64,000 nt of DNA, taken from the NCBI RefSeq assembly GCF_039654945.1, contig NW_027361990.1:124001-188000 (forward strand). Direction: 5' to 3'. Below, in pieces: positions 26,592 to 39,745 of this stretch. The notes beneath the pieces were generated by a model. The model had not been told where the DNA came from and searched no databases. It saw only the letters and a list, made by a program, of their open reading frames with translations. Numbering within the stretch: the first letter of the stretch is position 1; each line of letters opens with the position of its first letter. A program made the translations under genes and the position numbers. Origin of the DNA: Dendrobates tinctorius. Taxonomy: Eukaryota.

Positions 26592-26828
26592 CACACGGTG
26601 GCTCAGTGGTTAGTACTGTTTCTTTGCAGCGCTGGATCCTGAGTTCAAATCCCACCAAGGACATCTGCATGACGTTATACATGTTCTCCCCCTGTTTGCG
26701 TGGGTTTCTTCCAGATTCTCCTGTTTCCTCCCACAGACCTAGTGATAGGGAATGTAGATTGTGAGCCCCAATGGGGACAGCGATGGTGTCTGTACAGCGC
26801 TGTGGTATATATTGGCGCTAAATAATAA
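26592..26828 (+). mobile_element. tRNA-derived SINE (V-SINE-like) with an L2-like tail
   Basis: A box TGGCTCAGTGG (26599) and B box GAGTTCAAATCCC (26641). V-domain-like atgttctcccc..tgcgtgggtttc..tttcctcccaca; (AAT)n tail. Confidence 0.8.
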
Positions 26829-27404
26829 CTAAGAATGATGAGAAAAAAGCCATAAGTGGTTAATATGCCTCCGACCCTGGCTTCCCCTTACACCATGCTC
26901 GGTGTTTCCGGTTTCTCATAATTCGGTGTCCTCCATACAGTGCACATGCACGGTTAAAGCGCCGATTGCGACACCTCAGTTTTGCTGCAGGATATTGCAC
27001 AGATCTGTGGGACCGATTCATCAAACTAAGACAGCCATCAAGAAGAAGAGGCGTAGTCCCGAAATACCGTGCATCAATTCTGTTGCCCGTTGTGGCTTTG
27101 CTCTCTCATTAACAGAAATTTTAGGCAGCGGAGTTGGCCGTCAATCGAAGCAGCGAAGGTAAGAAAAACTTAGAATTCTGGCCTCAAATCCTTGGAAAAT
27201 TGCCCAATAGATTTAAGAGCTGCGGTGTTAGGGCCACTTTACAAATGTTTTGGCATCACAGATCGACTCTATACTTTGAGAGGTCAAACTGTAGTGACAG
27301 GTTGTCTTTAAATAGGACTTAAGTTATTCTGATGCTTCTGCTTGTCATGGGGTGGTGCGCTCTCGAAGATTGACAGATCAGGCTGTCAGCATTGTTGCAC
27401 CAGT

Positions 27405-28850
27405 GGCTTGGACTGTGAACTCTGCCACGCTTGAACTGTGAACTCTCCCACGCTGGGACTCTGCGCTCTCCCACGCTGGGACTGTGCACTCTCCCATGCT
27501 TGGACTGTGCACTCTCCCACGCTTGGACTGTGCGCTCTCCCACGCTTGGACAGTGCACTCTCCCATGCTTGGACTGTGCACTCTCCCATGCTTGGACTGT
27601 GCGCTCTCCGACGCTTGGACTGTGCGCCCTCCGACGCTTGGTCTGTGTGCTCTCCCATGCTTGGACTGTGCGCTCTCCCACGCTTGGACTGTGCGCTCTC
27701 CCACGCTTGGACTGTGCGCTCTCTCACACTTGCACTGTGCACTGTCTCATGCTTAGACTGTGGGCTCTATCACGCTTGGACTGTGCGCTCTCCCATGCTT
27801 GTACTGTGCGCTCTCTGACGCTTGGACTGTGCGCTCTCCGACGCTTGGTCTGTGTGCTCTCCCACGCTTGGACTGTGCGCTCTCCCACGCTTGGACTGTG
27901 CGCTCTCCCACGCTTGGACTGTACAATTTCCGACACTTGGACTATGCGGTCTCCCACGCTTGGCTGTGCGCTCTCCCACACTTGGTCTGTGTGCTCTCCC
28001 ACGCTTGGACTGTGCGCTCTCTCACACTTGCACTGTGCACTGTCTCATGCTTAGACTGTGGGCTCTATCACGCTTGGACTGTGCGCTCTCCCATGCTTGG
28101 ACTGTGCGCTCTCCCACGCTTGGACTGTGCGCTCTCTCACACTTGCACTGTCTCATGCTTAGACTGTGGGCTCTATCACGCTTGGACTGTGCGCTCTCCC
28201 ATGCTTGGGCTGTGAACTCTTCAATGCTTGGACTGTGCGCTCTCCCATGCTTGTACTGTGCGCTCTCCGACGCTTGGACTGTGCACTCTCCCATGCTTGG
28301 ACTGTACCATTTCCAACACTTGGACTGTGCGCTCTCCGACGCTTGGACTGTGCACTCTCCCATGCTTGGAATGTGCTCTCTCCCACGCTTGGACTGTACC
28401 ATTTCCGACACTTGGACTGTGCGCCCTCCCGCGCTTGGACTGTGCGCTCTCCCACGCTTGGACTGTGCGCTCTCCCACGCTTGGACTGTGCGCTCTCCCA
28501 CGCTTGGACTGTGCGCCCTCCCGCGCTTGGACTGTGCGCTCTCCCACGCTTGGACTGTGCGCTCTCCCACGCTTGGACTGTGCGCTCTCCCACGCTTGGA
28601 CTGTGCGCTCTCCCACGCTTGGACTGTGCGCTCTCCCACGCTTGGATTGTGTGCTCTCCCAAGCTTGGACTGTGCGCTCTCCCACGCTTGGACTGTGCGC
28701 CCTCCCGCGCTTGGACTCTGCGCTCTCCCACGCTTGGACTGTGCGCTCTCCCACGCTTGGACTGTGCGCTCTCCCACGCTTGGACTGTGCGCTCTCCCAC
28801 GCTTGGACTGTGCCATTTCCGACACTTGGACTATGCGCTCTCCCATGCTT
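27405..28850. repeat. 23-bp minisatellite (cttggactgtgcgctctcccacg), about 60 copies
   Basis: Directly visible periodicity. Confidence 0.95.
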
Positions 28851-29041
28851 GGCTGGAGCACGAGTCTATCTGGTTGGAGTTGGATTAATGTGACGGCGGC
28901 ACCCTGGATTCCTCCTGCGGGCACTAAGCGCTGTATCTGTTTGCAGAACCTGCACCCCTAGCGCTGTTAACCCATTCCTGTAGCCCCGGTTTATCCAGTC
29001 ACATTAATCCAACTCCAACCAGATAGACTCGTGCTCCAGCC
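28851..29041. repeat. Perfect 44-bp inverted repeat with a 103-bp spacer
   Basis: 28851-28894 is the exact reverse complement of 28998-29041. Confidence 0.95.
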
Positions 29042-29366
29042 TCTATATAATACCAGCAGCATAGACTTTGCTACTACCTTAGGGTATCTATCACCCTATC
29101 TGTATCTTTTGCAGTTTTCTACCAAAAGAAATTAAAAAAACCTGCTTCTTCATTTTTGAGTACCAAGTATTTTTGGACATATTTATGGGTTAGAAACCTT
29201 ACTTGAGCACCGAACAACCTTCCTTTTTCTCTGGAGTGCTGTGGTTTTTTTGCCTATTTACCTTTGCAGCATCAGAGTAGAGCAGTATACAGCGATCAGG
29301 CCGGACTCTGAGCACCACTTGTAAGCTGCATAGCAAAGATACCGTGAGCAAGCGCTACTTGCCTAG

Positions 29367-30424
29367 GAGAACGACCACCTCTGACAGACTTCAGAGATGG
29401 CCCGTGACCAAGCAATGAGTAGGAGAACGGCCACCTCTGACAGACTTCAGAGATGGCCCGTGACCCAGCAATGAGTAGGAGAACGGCCACCTCTGACAGA
29501 CTTCAGAGATGGCCCGTGACCCAGCAATGAGTAGGAGAACGGCCACCTCTGACAGACTTCAGACATGGCCCGTGACCCAGCAATGAGTAGGAGAACGGCC
29601 ACCTCTGACAGACTTCAGAGATGGCCCGTGACCCAGCAATGAGTAGGAGAACGGCCACCTCTGACAGACTTCAGAGATGGCCCGTGACCAAGCAATGAGT
29701 AGGAGAACGGCCACCTCTGACAGATTTCAGAGATGGCCCGTGACCAAGCAATGAGTAGGAGAACGGCCACCTCTGACAGACTTCAGAGATGGCCCGTGAC
29801 CCAGCAATGAGTAGGAGAACGGCCACCTCTGACAGACTTCAGACATGGCCCGTGACCCAGCAATGAGTAGGAGAACGGCCACCTCTGACAGACTTCAGAG
29901 ATGGCCCGTGACCCAGCAATGAGAAGGAGAACGGCCACCTCTGACAGACTTCAGAGATGGCCCGTGATCCAGCAATGAGTAGGAGAACGGCCACCTCTGA
30001 CAGACTTCAGAGATGGCCCGTGACCCAGCAATGAGTAGAACGGCCACCTCTGACAGACTTCAGAGATGGCCCGTGACCCAGCAATGAGTAGGAGAACGGC
30101 CACCTCTGACAGACTTCAGAGATGGCCCGTGACCCAGCAATGAGAAGGAGAACGGTCACCTCTGACAGACTTCAGAGATGGCCCGTGATCCAGCAATGAG
30201 TAGGAGAACGGCCACCTCTGACAGACTTCAGAGATGGCCCGTGACCCAGCAATGAGTAGAACGGCCACCTCTGACAGACTTCAGAGATGGCCCGTGACCC
30301 AGCAATGAGTAGGAGAACGGCCACCTCTGACAGACTTCAGAGATGGCCCGTGACCCAGCAATGAGTAGGAGAACGGCCACCTCTGACAGACTTCAGAGAT
30401 GGCCCGTGACCCAGCAATGAGTAG
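29367..30424. repeat. 56-bp minisatellite, about 19 copies
   Basis: gagaacggccacctctgacagacttcagagatggcccgtgacccagcaatgagtag repeated. Confidence 0.95.
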
Positions 30425-30869
30425 TAAACTGTAGAACCAGAAGTCCATCCAGTCTTGAGAACAGGCAGAATTGTTAATGAGAGGTAAACTGCAGAGTTGC
30501 AGGTTTTTACAATCATTTTGTAATTTTACCTAATTGAGAAAACCCTAAAAATTTAAAAGATCACACAAGTCACAAGGTTCAGATGCCCAGACATCAGAGA
30601 CTTTGAGAAATCCACCCAAAGCCCATAAATCACAGAGGCAGTAAACAAATATCTCCTAATGAAGGCTGGGACACGGGCCCCGCTAAGCGCTTCACTAGAA
30701 GGCGGGTGTCTGCCAGGAAAGTGGTGTCTGTAAGGCCGCACATTCTGATATTTCCAGTACCAGAGATGACAGTGTCCGTGTGTGTAATACTTGCAGCACA
30801 CGTTTAGCAATCATGTGCTGCATCAGTACCACACGGACGGGTGCCAGGGAAGAAGAAGTACAGTAAGAG

Positions 30870-33100
30870 GGTGCCGGGTGCTGAAGACGGCTCTCATCAT
30901 TCTCCCCTGCTCTGCCGGCGATCAGCGCAAGCAGAGGAGAATGATGAGTTATATTCAAGTGAAAACAATGACAGCAGGCGCAGCTGATGGGACTATTACT
31001 CCCATCAGCTTACGCCTGCTAACGCTACTAACAGTGATAGCAGGAGCGGCTGATGGGAGTACTTATCAGCCGGCTCCTGCACTGTAAAATAATTAAAAAA
31101 AAAATTGGCATGGGTTCCCCTCTATTTTCTAGAACCAGACAGGCAAAACTCACAACTGGGGGCAGCAACCCACAGCTGTCAACTTTAGCTAGGCTGGTTA
31201 TCAAGAATAGAGGGGTCCCCACACTGTTTTTTTAATTATTTAAATAAGTAATTTAAAAAAACGGCGTGGGGTTCCCACCATTTTTAACAACCAGCCTAGC
31301 TAAAGCTGACAGCTGGTATTCTCAGGCTGGTAAGGGGCCAGCGATATAGGCCCCCAGTCTAAAAATTGCAGCCCGCAGCCACCCAAGAAAAGATGCATCT
31401 ATTAGAAGCGTCAATTCTGGAGCTTTGCCTGGCTCTTCCCACTTGCCCTGTAGTGGTGACAAGTGGGGTTCATATTTGTGGGGTTGATGTCACCTTTGTA
31501 ATGTCAGGTGACATCAAGCCCACATTTTAGTAATGGAGAAGCGTCTATAAGACACCTATCCATTACCAATACTATAGTTACATGGTAAATAGAGACACAG
31601 ACAGAAATAAGTCTTATCTAATATATAAAGCTCAAGTGTGTGTATGTATGCATGTGTGTATGTCCGGGATTGGCATCAGCACCGTTGCAGCTACAGCCAC
31701 AAAATTTGGCACAGTCACACGTCTGGACCCCGAGAGCGTCATAGGCTATGTTGTGAGGTGAAATTTTAACCCTGCGCGTTCCAATTCACCAAACAATTTT
31801 GCCCCTATCTACATAATGGGGAAAAAGTGTGTGTGTATCAAGCCCCGCCCCTCATTATGTCATAATGGTTGCCATGGCGATGCTGATGTCATCATAGGTT
31901 GCAAGCCCCGCCGCTCATTATGATGTCATAATGGCTGACTATGGGATGGAGGATGTGTGATGGGTATATGGGCACTGGACTATGGGATGGAGGATATGTA
32001 TGACGGGTATATGGGCACGGGACTATGGGATGGCGGATATGTATGATGGGTATATGGGCACGGGACTATGGGATGGAGGATATGTATGATGGGTATATGG
32101 GCATGGGACTATGAGATGAAGGATGTGTGATGGGTATATGGGCACTCGACTATGGGATGGCGAATATGTATGATGGGTATATGGGCATGGGACTATGGGA
32201 TGGAGGATGTGTGATGGGTATATGGGCATGGGACTATGGGATGGAGGATGTGTGATGGGTATATGGGCACTCGACTATGGGATCGTGGATATGTATGATG
32301 GGTATATGGGCACGGGACTATGGGATGGAGGATAATTATAATTTGCTGTAACTAACCACAGTTAGTTACTATGCCCGCGCAGCGCCGGGCTCTTCAGCTA
32401 GTTTGAAATAAAACAAAACACAGTTTTCCATTTTTATTTAAAAATAACAAACACAGTTATACTCACCTAATGCCTAATGCCACAGAAGCCCTTGTCTCCT
32501 GTAATAAAAACAAAAATATCCCTCACCTGTCTGTCGTTCTGTCCTACACCGTAATCCATGTCTGTGGGATACATAGTTTTCACCCTGGACGGTGCAAAAA
32601 TGCGATCGTACAGGCTGAGAACCACTGGGGAATGAGCTGCTGTAAGCGCAGCATCACTGACCGGCGGTGACATCATCGTAGTTACCGTCGGTCAGTGAGG
32701 CTGCGTTCCCTGAATTGCGGTGATCTCAGCACCGTGGGGAAAAAGTCAGTGATGAGGTCATCGCAGTTCAAGCTCAGTGAATTCCCTGCTGATCACGATG
32801 AGACATTCTCACAGTGAACAGCGCTTACTGTACCAATGTTTCTCAGGCGCCGGGACGTGTCACGCGGATGACATCCCTGTATTTCACCCATGTGCATGTG
32901 TAAGGCACATTTTGTGGCCTGTGCTGCCGGTAAAAAACCGGACATGTCTATGTGTGGGTCACACGGGCACACGATCCATGGAAATACACTGACATGTGCA
33001 CAACAACATAGATTTCAACGTGTCTACGTGTGTCAGTGTCTCCGGTACGTGTGAAAACTGTCACCACACGTACCGGAGACACAGACATGTGAAAGAGCCC
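30870..33100. mobile_element. Probable non-autonomous DNA transposon (MITE-like) interrupted by a Helitron
   Basis: Flanks join seamlessly across the Helitron (aaataagtctta|tttgaaataaaac). Family assignment and outer boundaries are uncertain. Confidence 0.4.
31617..32401 (+). mobile_element. Non-autonomous Helitron carrying a 43-bp minisatellite (31937-32333)
   Basis: 5' TC (TCTAATATATAAAG). 3' GC-rich hairpin GCCCG..CGGGC (32373-32390) 7 nt before the terminal CTAG. Inserted between A and T with no TSD. Confidence 0.88.
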
Positions 33101-34499
33101 TTAGTGTGGAATCTACAGGAAAAGTCATTAATGTCTGCGTGTCTGTGTCCAGAATGTGGTTCCCCAATCCACTCCTGTAATGTGACCAATGGCCGTCACA
33201 TTTGAGCAAAGGGTGATCACAGTGGTAATATCCCTTTAAGGATCAGACAATTTAGGTTCTCCACACAAGGCATACCAAATACAAGTGTTCTTAAATACGT
33301 GCACTTCTGCATGCCAGCGAGCTGTGCTTAGGAACAACAACAGAAGCTTATCGGGCTCTGTCCATATTGCAATAATGGCTGCGAAGTAAAGCTCCCAAAG
33401 CCAGCCCCTTCTCTTTTTCTTTGTTAGCTGTGTTGGGGGACGGGGTTGGCTAAACTAACGATTTAAGACAAACAGCCAGTCCCCTTCCACGGCTCTACAT
33501 CAGCTATACTCGAGGAGGGGGCTGGCTAAACAAATGAATTTAACCATAAATGCCAACCTCCTTCTCTGTCTCATTATCAACTGTGCTTGAGAAAGGGGCT
33601 GGTCATGAAAAGGAACGAAACCAAATAACCACCCCCCATCTTTGCTCCTTCATATCCTGTGCTGTAGAAGGGGGCTGGCTAAACTAATAAATTGAGGAAA
33701 ACTGTTGTCCATCCGCATGTTGTGTTCGGCGGGCACCTCAAAACGACGTACGGGGACGCATCCGCATGCAACGCATTTCCCTGCGTACACAATGTTAAAT
33801 ATAGGTACGCAAGACGCATGTGGATCTATGTGGATCTTAAGGAAAGTATGCAGGCCTACGCTGCGCACAGAAACGCTAATGTGAAACTAGCCTTAACACA
33901 ATCCTTCCTTCGGGCACAGGACAATCCACTTCCGGGCAAAGGACATCCACCTCTGAGACCAGTCACAGTGGACGGTAGCATCACTGTGGGTGCCAGGCCT
34001 ATTGGCTCCGCTCACAGGCCGTGCTCTGCAACACCAATTGCTCTGCACAGTAACAAGCACCAACTCACTCGGGACCTAACACACCCATACCCTTTCCTGA
34101 AGGGCTTTTAACAAAAGAACCTGTGGCCTTTAGCCACATGGAAACCCGGGCCTGGAGTGAAACGGACTGCACAACTACTATCCTGCAGTCTCTATCACAA
34201 GACAACATCCCAGAGCAAGTTTTCCCTACATTTGCCTTGGACACTAGCATGTCCAAGGTTAGCACTTATTTTTAGTCTGCATTGCAGTCACAGCTACGCC
34301 TGTGACTGCCATGTACTCCCATGGCCTTCATACACCTCCGTGCACAACCTGGGGAGCACAATCAGCGACCCCTACCTGTGACACCGGTCACTGCCTCACA
34401 TGATGTAGGTCAAAAAATAAGGATGGCGGCCATAAGGGAAGGGAGCGGAGCCTGTTTCAGAAGACAAGTTTATAATACACGCTTTTCTTGCCATCCATC

Positions 34500-37000
34500 T
34501 GAGGTCGTCACTCTTTATCTGTCCTCCACGTGCAGTGCAGTCTGTCACTTTCTACCTATCCTCCATGTGCAGTGCGAGGTCTGTCACTCTCTACTAGTCT
34601 TCCATGTGTAGTACGAGTTCTGTCGTATTATACCAGTCTTTCATGTGTAGTATGGGGTCTTTTGCTCTCGCTTTGTCGTCCATGTGTAGTGTAGGGACTG
34701 TCACTATCCATCTATCCTCCATGTTCAATGCTGGTTATGTCACTATCTGTCCTCTATATGTAGTGCAGGGTCTGTCACTCTTTACTTGTTCTTCATGTGT
34801 AGTGTGGGGCCTGTCGCTCTCTACTTGTACTCCACATAAAGTGCGGGGTCTGTCACTCTCTACTTGTACTCCATTGGGGTCTGTCACTGTCTACCTATCC
34901 TCCATGTGTAGTGCGGGTCCTGTCGCTCTCTACTTGTCCTTAATGGGTAGTGCGGGACCTGTCGCTCTCTACTTGTCCTTCATGTGCAGTGCGGGGTCTG
35001 TCGCTCTCTACTTGTCCTTCATGTGTAGTGTGGGGCCTGTCTCTCTCTACATGTCCTTCATGTGTAGTGTGGGGCCTGTCTCTCTCTACTTGTCCTTCAT
35101 GTGTAGTGTGGGGCCTGTCGCTCTCTACTTGTACTCCATATAAAGTGCGGGGTCTGTCGTTCTCTACTTGTACTCCACATAAAGTGCGGGGTCTGTCGCT
35201 CTCTACTTGTACTTCATTTGGGTCTCTCACTATCTTCCTATCCTCCATGTGTAGTGCGGGGCCTGTCGCTCTCTACTTGTCCTTAATGTGTAGTGCGGGG
35301 CCTGTCGCTCTCTACTTGTCCTTCATGTGTAGTGTGGGGCCTGTCGCTCTCTACTTGTCCTTCATGTGTAGTGTGGGGCCTGTCACTCTCTACTTGTACT
35401 CCATATAAAGTGCGGCGTTTGTCGCTCTCTACTTGTACTCCATTGGGGTCTGTCACTGTCTACCTATCATCCATGTGTAGTGCGGGGTCTGTCGCTCTCT
35501 ACTTGTCCATAATGTGTAGTGCGGGGCCTGTCGCTCTCTACTTGTCCTTCATGTGTAGTGCGGGGTCTGTCGCTCTCTACTTGTCCTTCATGTGTAGTGT
35601 GGGGCCTGTCTCTCTCTACTTGTCCTTCATGTGTAGTGCGGGGTCTGTCTCTCTCTACTTGTCCTTCATGTGTAGTGCGGGGTCTGTCTCTCTCTACTTG
35701 TCCTTCATGTGTAGTGTGGGGCCTGTCTCTCTCTACTTGTCCTTCATGTGTAGTGCGGGGTCTGTCTCTCTCTACTTGTCCTTCATGTGTAGTGTGGGGC
35801 CTGTCTCTCTCTACTTGTCCTTCATGTGTAGTGTGGGGCCTGTCTCTCTCTACTTGTCCTTCATGTGTAGTGTGGGGCCTGTCTCTCTCTACTTGTCCTT
35901 CATGTGTAGTGCGGGGTCTGTCGCTCTCTACTTGTCCTTCATGTGTAGTGTGGGGCCTGTCTCTCTCTACTTGTCCTTCATGTGTAGTGTGGGGCCTGTC
36001 TCTCTCTACTTGTCCTTCATGTGTAGTGTGGGGCCTGTCGCTCTCTACTTGTCCTTCATGTGTAGTGCGGGGGCCTGTCTCTCTCTACTTGTCCTTCATG
36101 TGTAGTGTGGGGCCTGTCTTTCTCTACTTGTCCTTCATGTGTAGTGTGGGGCCTGTCTCTCTCTACTTGTCCTTCATGTGTAGTGTGGGGCTTCTCTCGC
36201 TCTACTTGTCCTTCATGTGTAGTGTTGGGCCTGTCGCTCTCTACATGTACTCCATATAAAGTGTGGCGTCTGTCGCTCTCTACTTGTACTCCATTGGGGT
36301 CTGTCACTGTCTACCTATCCTCCATGTGTAGTGCGGGGTCTGTCGCTCTCTACTTGTCCTTAATGTGTAGTGCGGGCCTGTCGCTCTCTACTTGTCCTTC
36401 ATGTGTAGTGTGGGGTCTGTCGCTCTCTACTTGTCCTTCATGTGTAGTGTGGGGTCTGTCGCTCTCTACTTGTCCTTCATGTGTAGTGTGGGGCCTGTCG
36501 CTCTCTACTTGTCCTTCATGTGTAGTGTGGGGCCTGTCTCTCTCTACTTGTCCTTCATGTGTAGTGTGGGGCCTGTCTCTCTCTACTTCTCCTTCATGTG
36601 TAGTGTGGGGTCTGTCGCTCTCTACTTGTCCTTCATGTGTAGTGTGGGGTCTGTCGCTCTCTACTTGTCCTTCATGTGTAGTGTGGGGCCTGTCTCTCTC
36701 TACTTCTCCTTCATGTGTAGTGTGGGGTCTGTCGCTCTCTACTTGTCCTTCATGTGTAGTGTGGGGTCTGTCGCTCTCTACTTGTCCTTCATGTGTAGTG
36801 TGGGGCCTGTCTCTCTCTACTTGTCCTTCATGTGTAGTGTGGGGCCTGTCTCTCTCTACTTGTACTCCATATAAAGTGCAGGGTCTGTCGCTCTCTACTT
36901 GTACTCCACATAAAGTGCGGCGTCTGTCGCTCTCTACTTGTACTCCATTGGGGTCTGTCACTGTCTACCTATCCTCCATGTTCAATGCTGTGGAACCTGT
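34500..37000. repeat. 39-bp minisatellite (tgtagtgtggggcctgtctctctctacttgtccttcatg), about 60 copies
   Basis: 13-aa periodic ORFs; degenerate at both edges. Confidence 0.95.
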
Positions 37001-37531
37001 CACTACACCTCCATTTTTCGGATTAGGGGGTTTTACAATGGTCACATAGTCCTCATCCTTCACGATCACAAGCATTGTGCTCCTAATCTACCTGGGAACA
37101 CCCACAAAATATCACACTGCACTTTGAGCAAATTTGCATACGCCCCAAACTTTACGGGTACGTTCTGATGTGCACCAAATCTGTCAAGTCTGATCACGGC
37201 TGAAGGGTTAAGTGTACGCAGAATACTTTCCTGCCAACCCAAAAGCTCCCATGGGAGCACTTGTACACATTATTACACTAACCATCCCGGCCAGGTAATG
37301 TCATGCCCTCCCTCTGTACAGAAGCGGTTTGTCAGCACAGATTGTTAACATGTAAGTACTGTAAATAGTGATGAACACAGAGAAACCGAAATCCCCAGAG
37401 AGCGGAGACACTGGAGTCTATAAAGAGCGCGACATCCAGGAGCTGGAGCCAAACTGCTTCCCGATCCACTGACATGCAAGCGATATAGTCAGGCATTTTA
37501 CTGCAAAGTGTACAACTGCAAAATCCAAGGA

Positions 37532-37764
37532 TAGAATGCCAAGAGTGTGCAAAGCAGTAATCAAAGCAAAAGGTGGCTACTCTGAAGAACCTAGAATATA
37601 AGACATATTTTCAGTTGTGTCACACTTTTTTGTTAATTATATTATTCCACATGTGGTAATTCATAGTTTTGATGCCTTCAGAGTGAATCTACAATTTTCA
37701 TAGTCATGAAAATAAAGAAAACTCTTTGAATGAGAAGGTGTGTCCAAACTTTTGGTCTGTACTG
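37532..37764 (+). mobile_element. Tc1/mariner 3' end
   Basis: RMPRVCKAVIKAKGGY transposase C-terminus; TIR ends ...ttttggtctgtactg followed by TA. Confidence 0.85.
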
Positions 37765-38333
37765 TATATATATATCTATAGTATAAATATATATATATAT
37801 ATACATACATATATTGTATGTATGTGTATATATATACATATTGTGCGAATCATGTGGGAATAGTGGATGAGGGCAGGTATATCTCGCCCAGATTCCTTTC
37901 CTATGTGGCCTAGTCTGGTCAGTATCTCACCTGGTGACTAATGAATAATGGGAGGCGGATATAAAAGGATGCCAGGTGGTTGTGTGAGTGTCTCAGCCTG
38001 GGAACACAGAGAGCCTGTCTGTGTGAGAGACACACGTGAGTGGAAGCAGTGCCCACTGCAACTGTGGTTTGGCTGGACGGGAGAAGCCCGCCAGTTGGTA
38101 GTTAGGTTGTACCTTGTTTAGTTAGTGCCGGACAGGCAAGGATTTGTTTTATGTTTTTTTTCTTTATGCATTGCTTTCACCTTTAATAAACCTGACCCAG
38201 TGTCAGTTATACCCGGACCCCGGCTCTGCGCCTGAGTTTCATGCTGAACGCACGTGACCTTTGACCCCAGCAAAGGCGATCCCGGAGTGTTTTATCACAT
38301 TGTGGTGGAGAACGCGGGCATCACGTGGGAAGC

Positions 38334-39745
38334 ATGAGCATGGAGGACGTGGTGAAAGCGCTGGTACAGTACACCGCCGTCCAGCAAGAAGCTAATCGGG
38401 TGATGATGGCCCAGCTGAAGAAGTTGGTGGACATGACAGCTACCGATCATTCGCTTCTCCAGCAGGTGGCGCAGCGCCTGGCAAGCTTCCTGAGGTTTAC
38501 CTGGAAGTCGAGTCGAGAGTGATTCACGTGAGTCGGTACTGGCAGAAGATGACGACCGAAGATGACGTTGAGGCATACCTGACCACGTTTGAACGGACGG
38601 CGGTGAGAGAAAAATGGCCGAAGGCACGATGGGCCGGCCTGATTGCCCCGTTTCTTTCCGGTGAGGCCCAAAAGGCTTATTACGACTTAGAACCTGAAGC
38701 CGCGCAGGACTTTGACAAACTGAAAGCCGAGATCTTGGCCCGGCTGGGAGTGACGACCGCTGTCCGCGCACAGAGAGTGCATCAATGGACTTATCAGCCG
38801 GATAAACCACCGCGGTCACAGATGTTCGACCTGATCCACGTGACGAAGAAGTGGCTACAACCCGAGGTGTTGACAGCGCCATAGATAATCCAGAGAGTCG
38901 TCATGGACAAATACCTGAGAACCCTACCGCCAGCCCTGAGGAAGTGGGTAAGCCATGGAAATCCTACGACGGCAGATCAACTGGTGGATCTGGTTGAACG
39001 TTACTCCGTGGCGGAAGGACTCCGAGACGACGCTACCCCACCTTGTTCTTCATCATCTCCACGTGGAACCGGTAAGACTTTTCCAGGGAGTAGGGGAGAA
39101 GGAAAAATCCCTAAGACAGTGGGGGAGGAAAACGGGACTGCCCACACTGCGAGGCCGAGAGTAACGAACTATGGTCTAAGCAAGGGGCCCGTTAGGTGTT
39201 TCCGCTGCCAAGAGATGGGACACATTGCTGCGAACTGTCCGGTCACTACTGAACCCATGCAGTGCGACGTCACAGACTCTAAAAACCGCATGTCTATGGT
39301 TGCACCAGTAGTGAGTGTGAATGCCGGTCAGAAGCATGTGGAAAAACACTTGTGTGATTTAACTGTTGATGGAAAAAATGTGGTGGAATTGTTAGACTCG
39401 GGAAGTGTGGTGACTCTGGTGAAGGCCAGTCTGGTGTCAGCCCCGACTGGACCATCAGACAAATTTTCTGTAACGTGTGTGCATGGAGACACCTGTTCGT
39501 ACCTCATCACGGTCATATGCATTACTACTTCCTATGGGTCTGTGCAACATAAAGTGGGACTCGTCCCTGCGTTATTGCATGATGTAATCTTGGGCCGGGA
39601 TTTTCCCCACTTCTGGCAATTGTGGGAGAATCAGTTGATACCCCAGGGTAATAGTGTACATGATTATTCTCCCAGGGCACGTGTGGGTCCCGAACCCCTG
39701 GAAGAGGTCTCCCCGGAAGACTTGGGGGAAGTCTGCTGGAAATGA
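38334..39745 (+). pseudogene. Gag (SCAN-like capsid, CCHC knuckle) and aspartic protease of the Gmr1-like element
   Basis: [17 protein letters not shown]...LSGEAQKAY...KWLQPE; CFRCQEMGHIAANC; LLDSGS. Frameshift at ~38500 and stop at 38882. Confidence 0.88.

Noticed and set aside
26592-26660. tRNA gene
   Set aside because: A and B boxes continue into a SINE body and tail; no intact cloverleaf or T-run terminator.
30553-30860. Possible piggyBac C-terminal Cys-rich remnant
   Set aside because: Motif fragments are not colinear on one strand or frame, so I cannot support it.
21530-37000. CRISPR-like regular arrays
   Set aside because: Head-to-tail repeats with no unique spacers and no cas genes, in a vertebrate context.
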